NCBI GenBank assembly: GCA_013265495.1
Contig: MU058584.1
Coordinates: forward strand, 8,026,407-8,090,406
DNA: 64,000 nt
Direction: 5' to 3'
Origin: Vicugna vicugna
Taxonomy: Eukaryota
Shown here: in pieces, positions 1 through 14,439 of the stretch
How positions within the stretch are numbered: the stretch's first letter is position 1
How the letters are laid out: every line of letters starts with the position of its first letter
Notes under the pieces: model-generated
Databases searched by the model: none
What the model was told of the DNA's origin: nothing
The model's input: only the letters and a program-made list of their open reading frames with translations
Program-made: the position numbers and the translations under genes

Positions 1-830
1 AAGTCTTCTACATGTTACTGTGAGATTCTGTGTGTGTGTTGGGAGAGTACTTAAACACTCTGGAAGCTTACAACTCTGCCTTAGTGCTTTATTCCTGCTT
101 GTGTAGAGCTTCTGGTTCAGACAGCTGAGGTGTCAGAGCTTTTTTATATCTTTCTTAGGCTTGCACATAGTCCTCAAATGTGAGCATCCTTCTAGATCCC
201 CAAGCACAATGCTGGAGCTTCTCAGAGCCCCCTGTAGAGATCTCATTCACCAGATTTTCTTGTTTGCCCCAGCTGGTATCACTGCCACAGACCACTGCAA
301 AGTTAAACAATTACCAGATTGTTTTCAGCAAATGCCCTGAGGATTGGGCTTTTGTTATGGAGTAAACTCTGAATCAGATCAAATAACAATAAACCTTATA
401 GACTTTTCTAAGGAATTGCCATACAGTTCAAATAGTGATTTTTTTTTGGAGATGTGGCTTTCTGTGGAACTTTAAAACCATTCTGCTCCCTCCAGCAGTT
501 GGTAGGTTTCTGGTTCTCATAGCTACCATGGTTCTATGATTGCTGAATTTCAAGGCTGTTTGGAGCTGAGAGAGGGCATTGGGAAGTGAATAAGTTAAAA
601 CTGTCACAAATCTCACTGTTCTTATTGAGATTCTGCTGTTTTTCTTGAGTAACTGCCCCTGATTTTTGCACAACTTTGGTTAATTTCAAGTTCCAAAGAA
701 GTTGGTTTTGGCATTTCCCCCCCAAATTCTCATTACTTTCTTGGAGGAGCAGATTTTTGGGTGCCCTTGCACTGGCATTCTGGAAATGTTCCCTTTTCCT
801 GCTATTCCAAAGTCTTTTTTTCTTCTTATT
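1..830 (-). mobile_element. Old L1M 5'-region fragment
   Basis: Resembles antisense L1M4/L1MC 5' end (ACAACTCTGCCTTAG…CAAATCTCACTGTTCTTA…). Confidence 0.5.
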
Positions 831-2149
831 ATAGAAGAAAATTTAGAAAGTGCGTAAAAGCATGCAAAAGTCAAAAAAGAAAAGTCACCTATAAATATAA
901 ATTCATCACCACTTTAAACATCTTTCCTTCTATATTTTATTTTATGCATTTTCATACATTTATTAATTTTTTTCTCCTGACTGGTGGTCATGCAGGGTGA
1001 GGAGTAGAAGAGAAGTTACGGGAGAGGAGGCTGTTGTACTTGATGGCTGGAGAGAAGGTAGAGTTGAGGAAGAAATAAATCGAGATTGAAAAATTCAAAA
1101 TAATTTAAGGAAAAAATTAAAATTACTAATAATTCCACCTTCCAGAAATAAATATTGGTGATATATTGTGTTGTTTTCTTCTTTGTTGTTTCTATGGCTG
1201 TATCTATAAAATATGCATCCTATAACTACACATTCACATCCATACATATGTGGACATGCAGAGACATACCTGTGTCTGTGCATGAGTATTCTTAAACAAA
1301 TTGGTATCATATGGTGAAATTATGCTTTTTCCTTATATAGTGAACATTTTCTGAATGTCTTTAAATTTATTTGGGAGCCCAATTTTCCATCAACTAGATG
1401 TATTTTAATAAGACACAGTTTTCTTGTATTAGAAAGCTATACAGTTTTTAATTTTTCAGTCTTATAAAATTGCCTCAGATTTCCTTGTGTATACTTTATA
1501 TACATCTATGATTAGCTCATTAGGATAAATTCCTAAAGTTTCCTTTTATAATTTTAAGTATTAAAACTTGTAAAACATGTTTTCAGTTCTACATAAGGAT
1601 GAATGCTGAATTGGAGAACAGAGGTATCCAAACATTTCCTCTATTCTTATCTTTTTATGTAAATATTTTATAGAACTATCCACTAGAATCAGAAAAGTAC
1701 ACAAATCATAGGACTGGTGAATTTTCACATAATGAACACAAAGTGCAACCATTGCCCATATCAAGGTGGTGATGAGGATGATGACAGTAATGATGAAAAT
1801 GCAGTACAATACTATGCTAGATGCAGTGGGAGAAAAAAGACACAGAAGAGATCTTCCTTTCATGGGCACATGTATAAATTATTAGTCATACGGGGTCCAG
1901 ACTTCCTAAGGTCAGGGGATGCTGGGTAGAGAATTTTCAGATGAGGACTGTTGCATAAAAGAAGCAAGGGAAAACCAAGCCCAAGTGCAGGTTGTGAGAG
2001 GGGCAGAGTACAGTGGTGACAGCAGGTAAGCTTTGGGGCAGTTCTAAATGTGACATGAAGAGAGAGGGTTTTTGCTTAGCTTTACTGCTCTTACTGTAAA
2101 GCTTTGGGGATCATTCTGTGAGTACCTGCTGTGTGGGCCAGGTCCTATG

Positions 2150-2385
2150 CAGTTAGGAAGTCAGAGTAGAGAGTCGGATTAATCTGGGATGGAATCTCAG
2201 TTTCTTCACTTTCTATCCAGGTGATCTGGGACATTTGAATGATATTTAAATTTTCTGTAACCCAACTTTCTCTTTTGTAAAGTGGGAATAGCAGTACGTA
2301 CTTCACAGAATGGACGTTGGTATAAAATGAGTTAACCCAAGGTTAGAGTATCCAGGGTAGTGCCTGACGTAGTCAACACTTAATA
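2150..2385 (+). mobile_element. MIR SINE
   Basis: Core TTTCTCTTTTGTAAAGTGGGAATA and tail GTGCCTGAC…ACTTAATAAA. Confidence 0.55.
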
Positions 2386-5300
2386 AACAAATATTATTCC
2401 CTTTTCCCTTTTGCATGATACAGACTCTTTTCTCCAGAAATTTATAGTTAATATCAGGGCAAGAGAAAAGGAAATGCAATAATGAGCGATCACATGTAGT
2501 CAAGCATGAACTGATGTGGTCAGATAGTAAGAGAGAGAGTCGTGTGCAGAAGAATACAGGTTATCCTTCATCTGCTCTACTTCCCTTTTTTTTGATAAGA
2601 CGTTACTCACGTGTCAGCCCACACAGAACATTCAAGCCAAGTAGCCAGAGGCGTCAAGATTTGTGAGGCTACCTACAATTTTCCAAATTAGGTAAGTTGT
2701 TCAGCTTTGGACAATTTAAGAGGCAAAGACTAGGCTCCCCTAAACATGGAATAACACGTGGAACTCATCTTGTCCTAGAAACTTTGGCAGCCTGCTCTGT
2801 AGCTTCTCTAGCTTCTCAAGAAATTTGTTTGCTCTTTTAGTTTATGATTTTACTCTACAGCTTCCTCTAGAGTTGATAACATGATACCATTGTTCTATTA
2901 GTTTTTAATACCTGATATCAATACTGAGTATTAGATAGAAATAGTCTGTTTTTTTCCCCTCTGATTGATTTCTGTCTTTTGTTCCTACCCTTGATTTTCC
3001 AAAGCTCCACTTATTGGTCACTGGGACCCACATACATAAGTGTATATGTATAAGTAGATACAAATACTTACACACGTAGGCATTCATGTATAAAATCAAC
3101 ATGTGAATAGTCATTAAAGAATATAGACTTTTATAATAGTCACTATTTTTCAGAATTTAAGTAGGTATAATGTGGGTACAATTTGCCACAGAGGAGCTGT
3201 AAGGAAGGGATAAATAAGAAGAGGAAGTAAACTCTTCTATAATTTTGTCCACTTTGTCCCTCCTAACCTGCTAAGGCTTATGTGTATTTCCTTTATTATA
3301 ATAAATAAAGATTCCAGGTGAAGGGTGAAGCTTCAAATTGGGAGATCTTGCTATACATCAGTGTTGGTCTATAAAAACTCTATAAGAAACCAAAAGGGTC
3401 TGAGATAAAAATCTGAGGATACAAGTAGTGGGCATTTAAGAGTTATAAACTTTTCCTTCTAGATAAGAATGCAGAAGCCAAACTTTATCTAATTTGAGAG
3501 GGGCAGGAGGGTAAAAGTAACCTAGAGAGAAAAGCAAGGAGTGGTACTTTAGGGGGAAAAAGGGCTTAAACAAAGGGAGGGAGATTGGAAGAAGATGCGA
3601 AGAAGGAAGTAAGAAGAAACAGGAGTAATCTCAGAAGGAAAACAAACAGAGACGTCAGTTCAGGTGAGTAAGAATGAGCGTGGGTGATGGGGTGAACAGT
3701 GGAGTGGGGAATGCATAGGGTAGGAGCAAAAGATCGGGGCCTTGAAAAAATGGAAAGGAAGGAGGAAAGTGTAATAGTGTCCAGTTTGCAGGGATGGTTG
3801 AGGAAATGACAGGTAGTCAGTGATGGAAAAGAGTGAAGTCTGGGAGGAAAATGGTCACTGGATTGTGGTGACAAGAACAAGAAAAAAATGAGACTCCACC
3901 TTTGACTTCTGATCTGTGTGAAGTGAAGCTGAAAGCACAGACTTGTTAGGTTATGAGGTGACTGAAGGGAGAGAGACTGAGGGTACCTGGTGTCTGTTCC
4001 TGTTACAGTGCTTCCAAGAATTCTGTTCTATCCCAAGACCTCACTCCCTTCCCACCTTGTTCCGTAACGTAATAATGTTCTAACACTCACGTGCAGCGAG
4101 GTGCTTGTGGGAAAGAGGACCTGGTAGGGATAATACATACAACCTATAGATTCCTGGTTCATAGCACCTGAGGGTTCGTTAAAAACACACCCAAAATAAC
4201 AAAATAAGAAAACCTGTAGACCCATCCGGGTCACATTCATGGGGCCCATCTTTTCATCCCATTTATTTACATAAATGCAAAAAGTGTGACCACATTGTCA
4301 AATGATTTGGCACCCATTTTTACCTCCTGGAGAAAGACAACTCTGTTTCATTCAGCAGCAAGTTCTTTGAACAGGTATTTCATTTACCATATGCCAGACA
4401 TGTCCTCCAGGCACTGGGGATCTGGTCAGTGAGCAATAGGAGAGTAGAATTTATCTTTTCCCTCTAACTCATGTCTCTTTGTGCGCTCAGTTTGAGGACA
4501 AGGAGGGAATTGTGGCAGTGCTGATGGAGGTAAAGATGGAAGGATTATCTCAGGGATTGCCTTACTCGTCCCATATGATGATGAAACCCTGACCTGACAA
4601 AATTCTAAGTCGTAGCTACAGTTTTGCTGCCCCTGGCACCCCATGTTTGTTTTTGCCACATTTGGGGGGCGTGTGATCAGAGCTGTGCGGTGACTTGGAG
4701 CAGCAGCAGAAGGGGAAATAAGGATGTGGTACCACCCATGGGGATGTGAGGATAATCTTAGTGGAGGTCTAAGTTCTCATGTCTTATCTATTTTTAGCAC
4801 ATTCTTCTATTACTGGTACTTGGGCAAGACAGGCTGGCTTGAACTGGCTACTGACTCTGAATTTCCTCTTTTTTTTTTTTTTAACACAGTAGATTGGGAA
4901 TGGAGATACGTGTGTGTGTGTGGTTCTGATGCTTACATTATTAACAGAGTTGATTGTGGCTGCCCTTGACATTCATTTAAATGAAACAAATTATTTTTTA
5001 AAGAAACTTAGCATGACCCTGGCATGTAAGCATGCTCAGTTATGTTGCCTGTGAATAAAAGTACTAAAGGGGCTTCACTTTATGACTTTTCACTGCCTCT
5101 GTCTTCTCAGCTGGCCTCCTCCCTTCCAAGCCTCAGCTGGGGTTGGGGGGGTACCACAGCAGTAAGAGATTTGTTTTCTGTGACATTTGCTCTTTGTTGC
5201 TGGCTCACTGTTTCGGTGGGGGAGGTGTCGTGTTAAAGTCGGTAGGGGCAGTAGACCATACACTTTTTGACACTATTACTCATTTCTCTCATGGAGAATG

Positions 5301-6399
5301 TCACCTAGTGTCACTTCCCCCATTTTTTTTTTTTTTTGGTGTGTTGGAGCTGCCCAAGGTCATGTTATCACCCATGCAGCAAGTGGCAGACTTCACAGCC
5401 TCAGAGAAAGTGGGGGAGGCGGTGTCTCTCCTGATGTCTCCTTCTCTGCTCTTGTGTTTCTGGGTTGATGTGAACTCTTTAGGCTGCTCTGTCCATTGAG
5501 GGGACTGGCAGACTTGTTTTGCCCTCCGGTTTTTTGATGGGAAACCTCTCGCTTATTTTGGATAATTTGAGAGATTGTTGCTGGGTTGCAGGGCTCCAAA
5601 AGGTGAACCCTTTAACAGAAATGCCTGTTGGTTTCAGTTTCTGCTCTTAAACTCTGTGAAACCAACGCTCGGGGTAGGGGTAACATTTCTCAGTTTTGTT
5701 TTCTCATGTTCCAAGGCCTTTCTCTCTTCCCTCCAACTTATTACTGCGTGAGAGGGCTTGCTGTCTGAACGTAGACTTGAACTTAGGTTTAAACCGTATT
5801 TTCTACTTAGCTTGCGAGGACTCCTGAAAATACCACCGGTTTCCTCCTCGTGTGCAGGGCATGCCTCAGAGCCGCAGACCCACTTTTCCACAGGCCGGGT
5901 GGCTTCTGTAGTTAACTGTGTCAGAGGACCAGCTTGCATGGCTGCCTCTGGAGCTGGTCCACACACATGCAGTGCTGTGTCCCCCTCTCACCAGGCTCCA
6001 GGGGCATGCTGCAGACAAGGGGCCTCTCACACCTACTGCGACATCGGTTTTTTCTTTGATTTTGTAGCATATGGGGGACCTGGGATGCTAAGAAGCACAC
6101 TTTGGGAGAGGCTGTCTAACTTGAAGCAATTCTAATCTATTACTTTAACTTCTTCTCCCCCAAAAGGAGATTCCACAGTGTCTTTCCATGTTCTGTTCGT
6201 GGAGGGTTATCGTCTAGTGGATTTATGTCCAAGGTCTGTGGTATTCAGATTAGGCTGCTCCCCCAGGAGGGAGGTCCAGTGCAGATAGAGGGGTGACAGA
6301 GTCCTGACGCTGCCACTCCGTGGGTGCCTCTGCTTCCTCCTTGTGACTCACGCTGCTGCTAGCCTCACTGGTGTCTGAAGGCAGATCTAAGAGGCAGAG

Positions 6400-6625
6400 C
6401 AGCGAGGGGCTAAGGGCGCCAGCATCAGAAACATGTGGCCAAGAGTCCAGCTACCTCTGATTTACTGACGGCTAGCTGTGTGTCCTTGAGCCAAGGACTT
6501 ACCTCTGTCAGCCTCAGTCTGGCCACATAGGGTTGTTCACAAGGATTAGATGAGATCAGATATTTTAAAATTTAGTCCTGCGCTTAGCACATAGGCAAAG
6601 TTTGATAAATAACAGTTACTGTTAT
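6400..6625 (+). mobile_element. MIR SINE
   Basis: CTAGCTGTGTGTCCTTGAGC…CTTACCTCTGTCAGCCTCAGT…GGATTAGATGAGAT. Confidence 0.6.
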
Positions 6626-6769
6626 TACAGGCTGTCACCATCACATAGCCCAAATGTTGCAGCCCACTACTCCACTCATCTACCTGTGGGAGACCTTGAC
6701 CTCTTGACATTTCTTTCTTTTCTTCCTGCTCCTCCTCCCCCTCCTCACCATCATAATTCACTGAGCACT

Positions 6770-7140
6770 TACTGCTCCAGGAGAGGTGTGCAGGCAGAGC
6801 ATTTAATTGCAACGTGTCAGCTAATCCCTACATCACTCCTTGGAATTTTTGTTCAATTGTTTTCATTGAAGTTTACTTTCCCCTTGTTATTTAAAATGGC
6901 AAAACCCCCTGCAAACTCCCAATCTCCTGCTTTTTGCCCCTTGGACTTACCTTCTAACATACTGCATATGTACTCTTGTTTATTTATTTTTTTGTTTATA
7001 TCATTTAGGATATAAGTACCATAAGGACAGGTAATTTTTTTTAAAAAATAAATCTGTTTTTATAGCTGATACATCCTAAAGAGTGCCTGGCACATAATAG
7101 ATGCACAATAAGTATTTCTTCAACAGATGTGTGAATGGTA
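6770..7140 (+). mobile_element. L2 3' end fragments
   Basis: AGTGCCTGGCACATAATAGATGCACAATAAGTATTT at ~7082-7117. Confidence 0.55.
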
Positions 7141-7164
7141 TGGATTGAACAAAAATAAATGTGT

Positions 7165-7290
7165 GACCGTAACAACCCTTATTTTACAGATAAAGAGAAT
7201 GAATCCTATTAAGTTATGTAAACTGACCAAGGTGAGAGCTAGTAGGTGTTGGAGTCTGGGTTTGATTGATTCTGAAAGCCCAATCTCCTG
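7165..7290 (-). mobile_element. MIR SINE
   Basis: CCCTTATTTTACAGATAAAGAGAATGA…CCAAGGT. Confidence 0.5.
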
Positions 7291-10200
7291 ACCATTTTTC
7301 TCAACCGCTCTTGTCACCTAAGTACACTTGGCCATTTTTCAAGGGAGGTTTCCCACATGTGTACACATACACAAATCCCATTCTTGTCAGATTGGACAGC
7401 CCAGCTAGTGCCCTGGAATCCTTAGGTGGCAGAGCTAGGTGGTCCGTGCCGACGTGGAGAAGGCCTGTGTCTTCTTTGTGTTCCTCTCTGTTAGAAGCAC
7501 CCTGGAGAGCTGACATTTGTGCCTTATTGTTCCCTAGAGAGTTAGCTAAGCCTTGGTGTGCCTTACAGCCATGAGTGCATCGGCTGGACCAGATGTGATC
7601 TCAGTAGCAGCCACCAGGCTGCACCTTCATTCATGTCTTCACTTCCCCGTGACAGCTAATGTTCATAGTTCACCACTGGTGCATGTATCCGTAAATAGTG
7701 TGTCGTGTAGTTTTTGAAAATCTGCGCGAGACATGTAAATCCATTTGTGTATCCAAAAAGCAGTATTGCCAGTATTATGTGACTGCTCCCAGGATATGAA
7801 GATGTGTAGAATGAATGGAGTGTCTGGATCATAGCGTGGTTTTAGTTTTTCTGAGAGTTGATGAGATCCCCTTGTGGAGGTCAGTTGGCAAGATCATGAG
7901 CGAGAAACATAGGCGTCACCACATGGGTGACTCACATAGCCTCCACCATCTGGCAGGGCTGCTGTGTGGACCAGGCTTTAGGTATCTGATAGAAATGTGG
8001 TCAAATGGAGTGACTGCTTTGTATTTTCTGCTTCTTATCTCACCCCACTACCTACAGCCCTCAGGGGTAGAGCAAAACAGGGAAACTCTTTGGGATGGAA
8101 GCAGCGTCCTCAGCTGGCCTAAATTGAAGGAGTAGAGGAGATTGTAAGAACTTCAGTCAGCACAAGGTCACAAGTCAAGGTTAGATAAGAATGTGGACCT
8201 GGCCCACTAGCATATTCTGCACTCAAGTTAAAAACGTGGTTCAGTGGAGGCAAGAGGCTTAGTGAAGATAGTCCTCCTCATATCTGTCTCCTGCATCCCA
8301 TTGCTTCATTTAGACGGGTTGGCTGGATTACAACTTCCTGCCCGGAGTGTAAGGATCTTTCTGCTAAAGTTCTTAGAGCCGAGTGGGGGAAGACAGCAGT
8401 AGTTGGGTGCATTTGGCATTCACTATGCACAGCCCTCCCCTCAGTGATTTGGATCAAGAACCTAGGCCCTCAACGGCACCTGCTGTCCTCTAGATCCAGA
8501 ACCCCTCTGTTACCCTTTCCAGAGAACAAATCTTCAGATTTCTGCCAAACTGGGAGAAGGGAACATGGAGAAGACAAGGAAATTGAGGGGCTCCAACTAC
8601 TTCTGTTCACTCAGGGCTCCTTATTCAGACTTCTTTCTTCCCAATTTCCAGAGATCTCCGGGCTTCCCTTTCCCGAGCACTTGGAAGATTCTGTGATGTC
8701 AGCTAGGTTGGTTCTTCCCAGCTTTGCCTTCTGTCAACATGGGACTCAGCATTCTCAGACCTGGGAAGTTAGTTATCACTCACCCATCTCTTTCTATCTG
8801 CTGGTGGACTTAAGGCTTTTGAAAGCTTCCTTTACTGCGGTTCTGGGTTTTAGGAGGGAGTGAAAATAGATATATGTGTTAAATCTTCCACCTTACCCTG
8901 AAATCCCCCAAAATATAATTTCTTTCTTTTGCCTGCACTTCGTCTGATCTGCAGGGGAACTCCTCTGCTGGCTACTAGGGGAAAAATTTTATATTGTTCA
9001 TTTCTATGTAAATTAGTTTAATTAGATAATTTAATCAGTTCATTTAGGTAATATTCAGTCTCTTTAGGGAAAAAAAAAATACATTCTCTTTGATTGCTCC
9101 CCCTTCCTCCTGTGTTTCTCCCGGAGGTGGTCTGTGCGCATCTTGGAAGGCTGTCTGAGAGGAAGACTTTGTGTCTCTGGATCCCGTGTTCTCTGGAATC
9201 CAGGTGATGCTCCTGTTTACCTGGCTTCTGTTGGCTTTGCTGGCATTTTCCTGTGAAGTTGGTGATTGGTATCTTGCTGCTCCTTTGCTCTCCTGGTTTC
9301 AGAACCCGGCAGTGCCCCTTTGGTTGGGCTCACTTAAATCTGGCTCCTGCTGACTGTAGGCCTGGATCTCCCCTGTGTCCTCCTGCTGATCCGCAGGTCC
9401 ACCTCAGTCTCTGTCATAAAGTCACTATCCATGGTCACAGTGCAGTCGGTGGCTGATCTGTTGGAACTTAGCCCCCATGCCCCGTGGCAACCAAGAGTTG
9501 CTCTGGAAAGCTGAACTTAGGAGATTCTCTCCACTCTGGGCTTCCTAACTGTTGTGGTCATATGGCAGGTTGATGCAGGAGGTAATTATTTTCCAAGTCC
9601 TCAGTGGGGAGCAGGCAATAAACAACTCCAGGATTACACAACTGTACCTACACCTCTCTGGGCCAAAGCCTGGAACTGGGCAATTGGGACACACATGATT
9701 AACCATCTTGCTCTCCTGCCTCCCTGGCTTTCTCTCTTTCATTAAAAAATGAAGCAGAGGATACTGTTTTATTTCTAGAGCCATATGTTTCTTTGCAGGG
9801 GGCTTACCCATCCCAGGTCCAGAGCTCTATCATTACCACACTACAGGCCATCTCTGTAAGTGTCAGGTCTTAGTAAAGGAGTTTGCAAAACTTCTCTCAG
9901 GACAATAGTAATTGTCTTCTGAATAAATTGATTTTGTATATCAGAAGCTGCATATTTGCTCATTTTTTTCTCTTTGCATTCCTTTTGTAAATTATTCTAG
10001 TATTTCCCCCAGACAAACGTACTCCTTGGGCCGACCTATTCAAAAAAGGCAAAAGAGAGAAGCAGGTATTTTTCAAAATATTACTCACTGCCCTTGTGAT
10101 ATAATTAAACTGATGCAGTCTGACAAGAATCAGAAAAATCTGGGGTTGGCTAAGCCTGGAGTACCTGGGAAATGTCTTAAACTGTGGGATTCTGGTTACT

Positions 10201-11979
10201 GAAATAGGGTTTGGGGTGGAAACTGGCCACCTGAATATTAGCTTGTGAGGTAAGGCCATTTCTGAACAACCCTTCATTTGTAAATTCGGGTGCTGAGATG
10301 TTTAACTGAGAGGTTTGTGAAGCACTTAAAAGAGCTTCATTAAATTGTTACCGTGACCATTACTAATACTCCTTCTATAAATGTTGCATTCAGAAAGAGT
10401 CCATTGCTTTGATTTGAAACATTTCAAACGTTGTAGTTTCGCTGATGTAGGGTACTCCCTTTCCAAATAATCTAGGATTCACAGGAAACATCTTTGGACA
10501 AAGATGCAGGGAGAAGCCAACACACTAAGGATTGTTACAGATAATCAAGGGCAGTGCTGATGAACAAGTGAATGGCTTGGCTGAAGGTGCCGCCTTGGAC
10601 AAAGCTTGCCCAGACCTGCTCAACGTTGCTCTGTTTTGCCTGTTTGACATTTATTTGAAGTCCCCAGGTTGTGGATTGCTCTGGTTAGGTGGGCTTAAAA
10701 TAATGAGTGAAAGAACTTCTGTAAATATGAGGAATCTTTGTTTTTAAAGCCTCAGCTAATTTCATGAGATAAAGTGCCTAGTTTGATATCCTTAACTTAA
10801 AACATGGAGAAGGGATTGAAAGTGCCAGAATCTTAAGAAAGATTATCGTTGGGTTATGGAATTTTGAGTCATTTTTAATGTTTTCTTTCCCTCTGAAACC
10901 TCCAGATTTTCTTTATGACATCTGTTGCTTTTATTGTCCGAAAAATAACAAATAGAAAAGCAGAATAATAATATAAAACTGATTATTGCACCTTACGGTA
11001 ATTATCATCAGTAGGCATGTTTCCTATTTCACCACTCCATTTGAGTTCACATACATTTTACAAATATAATTTCAAATGGCTCAAATTATACAGAACATTA
11101 TACTGATCTCTTGGCAATATGATTGTTGCTTAAGATTAGTTTAGGAACAAAGATTTGTGCAAACTGCTGCATTTCATCCACGTGTTTGACTTAAAACAAG
11201 GGAGTCTTAGGGACAGAGGTGCTATCCTTGGGCTTAAATGAATACTTGAAGATTGTGTATATGTTGTTTTGTGGTCTGCAATATGTATAATTACTCATAT
11301 ATGCACAAGATAATACAATATGCAAGTTAAAATAAAAAGATTTTGAAAAATTAGGCAAGTCCTCATCTGTACAACAAGGAGAGAGTGAGTCCCTAAGGTC
11401 TCTTCCAGCTGCACAATTCTCCTTTCCTGTGATTCAACCCGGAATCTCCCTGTGGGAGAAAATTGAGAAAAATTCAAGACTGGCCACATGGTGGTGCAGT
11501 GACTCCTCACAGAAACAGCGCCCTGCTTCCCTGAATGCGAAATGATGACACCCTAAAGTTGAGTTATTCCAGGAGACGTCAGACGAGCATGATACGCATC
11601 TGGTTCCTGGCAAGAGCAGAAACTTCCTAATTTTCCTGTCCACACAAATGTGGTTAGAATTCTGCCAGTCAGTGCCAAGGCATGTGACTTTATCCTCTTC
11701 TGGTTTTGTGACTGAAAAAGGTGTTTGGGTATTGACTGGATGTAGACTGCTTTCTTCTGTTCTCCTTAAAGCAGTGAATTCAATAGTGACCACTAGTTGA
11801 CTGTGTGCCTCTGTGGTCATTTTTCCTTTGGCCTTAGTCAGCTGTCTCTTGGCCTTGAATCCTCTCTGGCTGTGCCCTAATTCTTCACCTTTCCTTCTCA
11901 GCTAAGTTATGCCTCAAAATTGTAATTCACCTAGTCTTCAGCTCATCACAGTCTGGAGTCCACGCTCGCCTCTGCAGGT

Positions 11980-13275
11980 GGACAGTGAACTTCGTGTTGT
12001 CTAGTCCTAGGCTGCTTTCTCAGTCCTTATCTTAACTCCATTCTAAAACCCTCTGGATTTTATTTCCTTGGTGCTCATCTGTCCTAATAGTCCTCCTGCT
12101 TCTTTGGTTGGTCCTTTCTGGGCTTTGTGGATGCTGCCTTTTCTGTGTATCCATTTCACTGAGATACCCCAGGGTTCTAAACTCTTCATTTCTGTCTGTC
12201 CACACTTTGCTTGGGGATCTCATCACTATTGTTGTTTCGTCCATCAGTGGAATAATGACCAATGCTAGATTTCTATCTTTAGCTTTGATCTTATATATCC
12301 TATAGGAATTGAAAATTCAGTGTCTCCAAAAACTGTCGTTGTCATTCTCTGCTCACCACCTCCAGTCCTCACTACCAGCTCCCCAACCCCCCACAATGTA
12401 CTTTGGTTCCTTTATTTCTAGTTTGGTTACTGGCACAACCATCTAGATGCCCAGACCAGAGACTTTAGGGGTCATGTGTAACTTCCCATTTCCCTGAAAC
12501 TTCATGTCTAGCCAAATAGCAAGCTCTTAACAGTTTTAGCTCTTAAATATTTTCTCAAATCTATATTTTTCAGTCCCATCCCTAATGCCAACGTCCTCTT
12601 GCAGGTCCTAATCCTCTCTTGCTTGGAGCATTACAAGATTTAGTCTCCTTTCTCCTATTTTGTGTCCCTTTAATCTGGCCTCTACAATGTAGAGAGAATA
12701 CTCTGTAAAACCCCACCATTTAACTTCTGTCCTTAAACAATTTTAGCAACTCTTCATTTACAGATCAGAGAGCAAAGCTTTTAAAATAATTCACATAACT
12801 CTTCCTGTCTAGTTTACTCCCTCTGGTTGCTTCCTGCCTTACCTCTCACCAGTTTCTGCTCCCAACATTACAGTCCAATCACATTGCCTTTAATTCCTTA
12901 CTCCCTTCCCACTGTTTATGTCTCTGGCTTTATTTTGTTCCCTGTGTGTCAAACTCTCTTCCCATCATTCTTGTTTTAATAACTCTTATTCATCTTTTAA
13001 TATCCCTTTCACATGATCTCTCTTCCAGGAAGCCTTCTCTGAACCTCTAGTTGGATTAAATGCTTCCCTTTCTCACTCTTAACAGCACTGTGTTTACCTC
13101 CAACTTAGAATTTCCCATGTTTTAATTCAATGATATATTTATGGACCTGTCCAGTCCAGTGGGCATGAGCCTCTCCAGGGGAGGGATCACATCTGTTCAT
13201 TTTCCTCACACCCCCACCCTAGTTCCTAGCACAGGGCTTTGTGCATCATGAGTGATAACTTTGTTGAACAGAATT
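11980..13275 (+). mobile_element. L2 LINE fragment
   Basis: Pyrimidine-rich L2 body with CTTCCAGGAAGCCTTCTCTGA and 3' end CCTAGCACAGGG…TTTGTTGAA. Confidence 0.6.
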
Positions 13276-13339
13276 TAAGATTTTTGAGGCTTGGAGTTCT
13301 AGAGGGTACTCTGTGAAGTCTGCTTCAGTTCTAAGAAAA

Positions 13340-14340
13340 CTGATCTATGGTTTTAGTTGGGGCCAGTTTCCTGGAAGAGAGAGGACTTGAGCTGTGCTGT
13401 GAAGAGTTGGGTGGATGAGGTTTGAACTAATAGAAGTGAGAATAATCAAGCAGAACTGATGAGCAAAGGCGAGATGGACTGTGTGAAGGACAAAGCAGAA
13501 ACAACACTAAGCAAACATTGTGTCTGACAGAGTAGTGGGAGGTGAGTTAGGACAGGTAGAATCAGCTTACTAGAAGCTTCTAATGAGAGGCAGGTGGGTT
13601 AGGGGCTTATTTTCCTAGGCAGAGGAAGCACTTGAGAATCTTGAACAGAGGAGCAACATTTTCAGAGCCATCCTGTAAGAAGAGGAATCCAGCACAAGTT
13701 ATGACTGAAGTGAGAAACAGGTGGGAATCAGTGAGGCCAATGGGAAATTAAAGCAGTTCAGCAAGTGCCAGACGATAAGGGCTTGGACTAGAATGGCAGT
13801 TGTGTGAAAAATGGAGAGTTAATTTTTGAGCCATTAGAGGAAAAGTGAACAGAGGTTGATTGCATGTGGTAACAACAGAGAGCAAGGAGTCATGCCATTT
13901 TTAGATAAAACAGCAGAAAAACAAAAAAGGGAGATGGGTGAGGAAGGATGGTTTGTGGGGCAGCAGGTGACTTTGGTTTGAAATCTTTGAATTTGAGATG
14001 ATGAAATGTCACAATACTTCATATTTGCTAGGTATGCTCAAGAGATTCTGTATGCATTTGAGTAGGTGAATGAATGAATGAAATATTAACGAAAGGGTTC
14101 ATCAGGCAGGTGAAACCATACTACTGGCTTATAAGGTAGACTGAGTCAAGGTCTGTCACATAGATTTAGGAGTTACCAGCTTAGAATTATGAAAACTACT
14201 GAAGTACCTGAACTTTTGAAGGAAGATATGCAAGGAGAGAAAGAAAGAGGGCCCAGGTGTGAACCTGGGGAAACTTCTACCTTCGAGGTAAACAGAAGAG
14301 CCATTGAAAGCCAATGAGTATATGAGGTCAGCTAGATACA
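13340..14340 (-). mobile_element. L2 LINE fragments
   Basis: Purine-rich antisense L2 pattern. Confidence 0.5.
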
Positions 14341-14439
14341 CATTTGTTGCTCTGAGCCTAATAAATCATTTTTAACTCGGCCTTCAGTAGACCAGAGTTG
14401 TTTGAACCAATTAGAATGCAATTTTTCAATTATGAAAAA

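Noticed and set aside
3905..3955. Possible miRNA hairpin (TCTGTG…CACAGA)
   Set aside because: Stem only ~6-8 bp and no recognisable mature miRNA.
180..14341. Numerous 60-140 aa ORFs
   Set aside because: No recognisable domains, low-complexity composition, many inside repeats; expected by chance in mammalian non-coding DNA.
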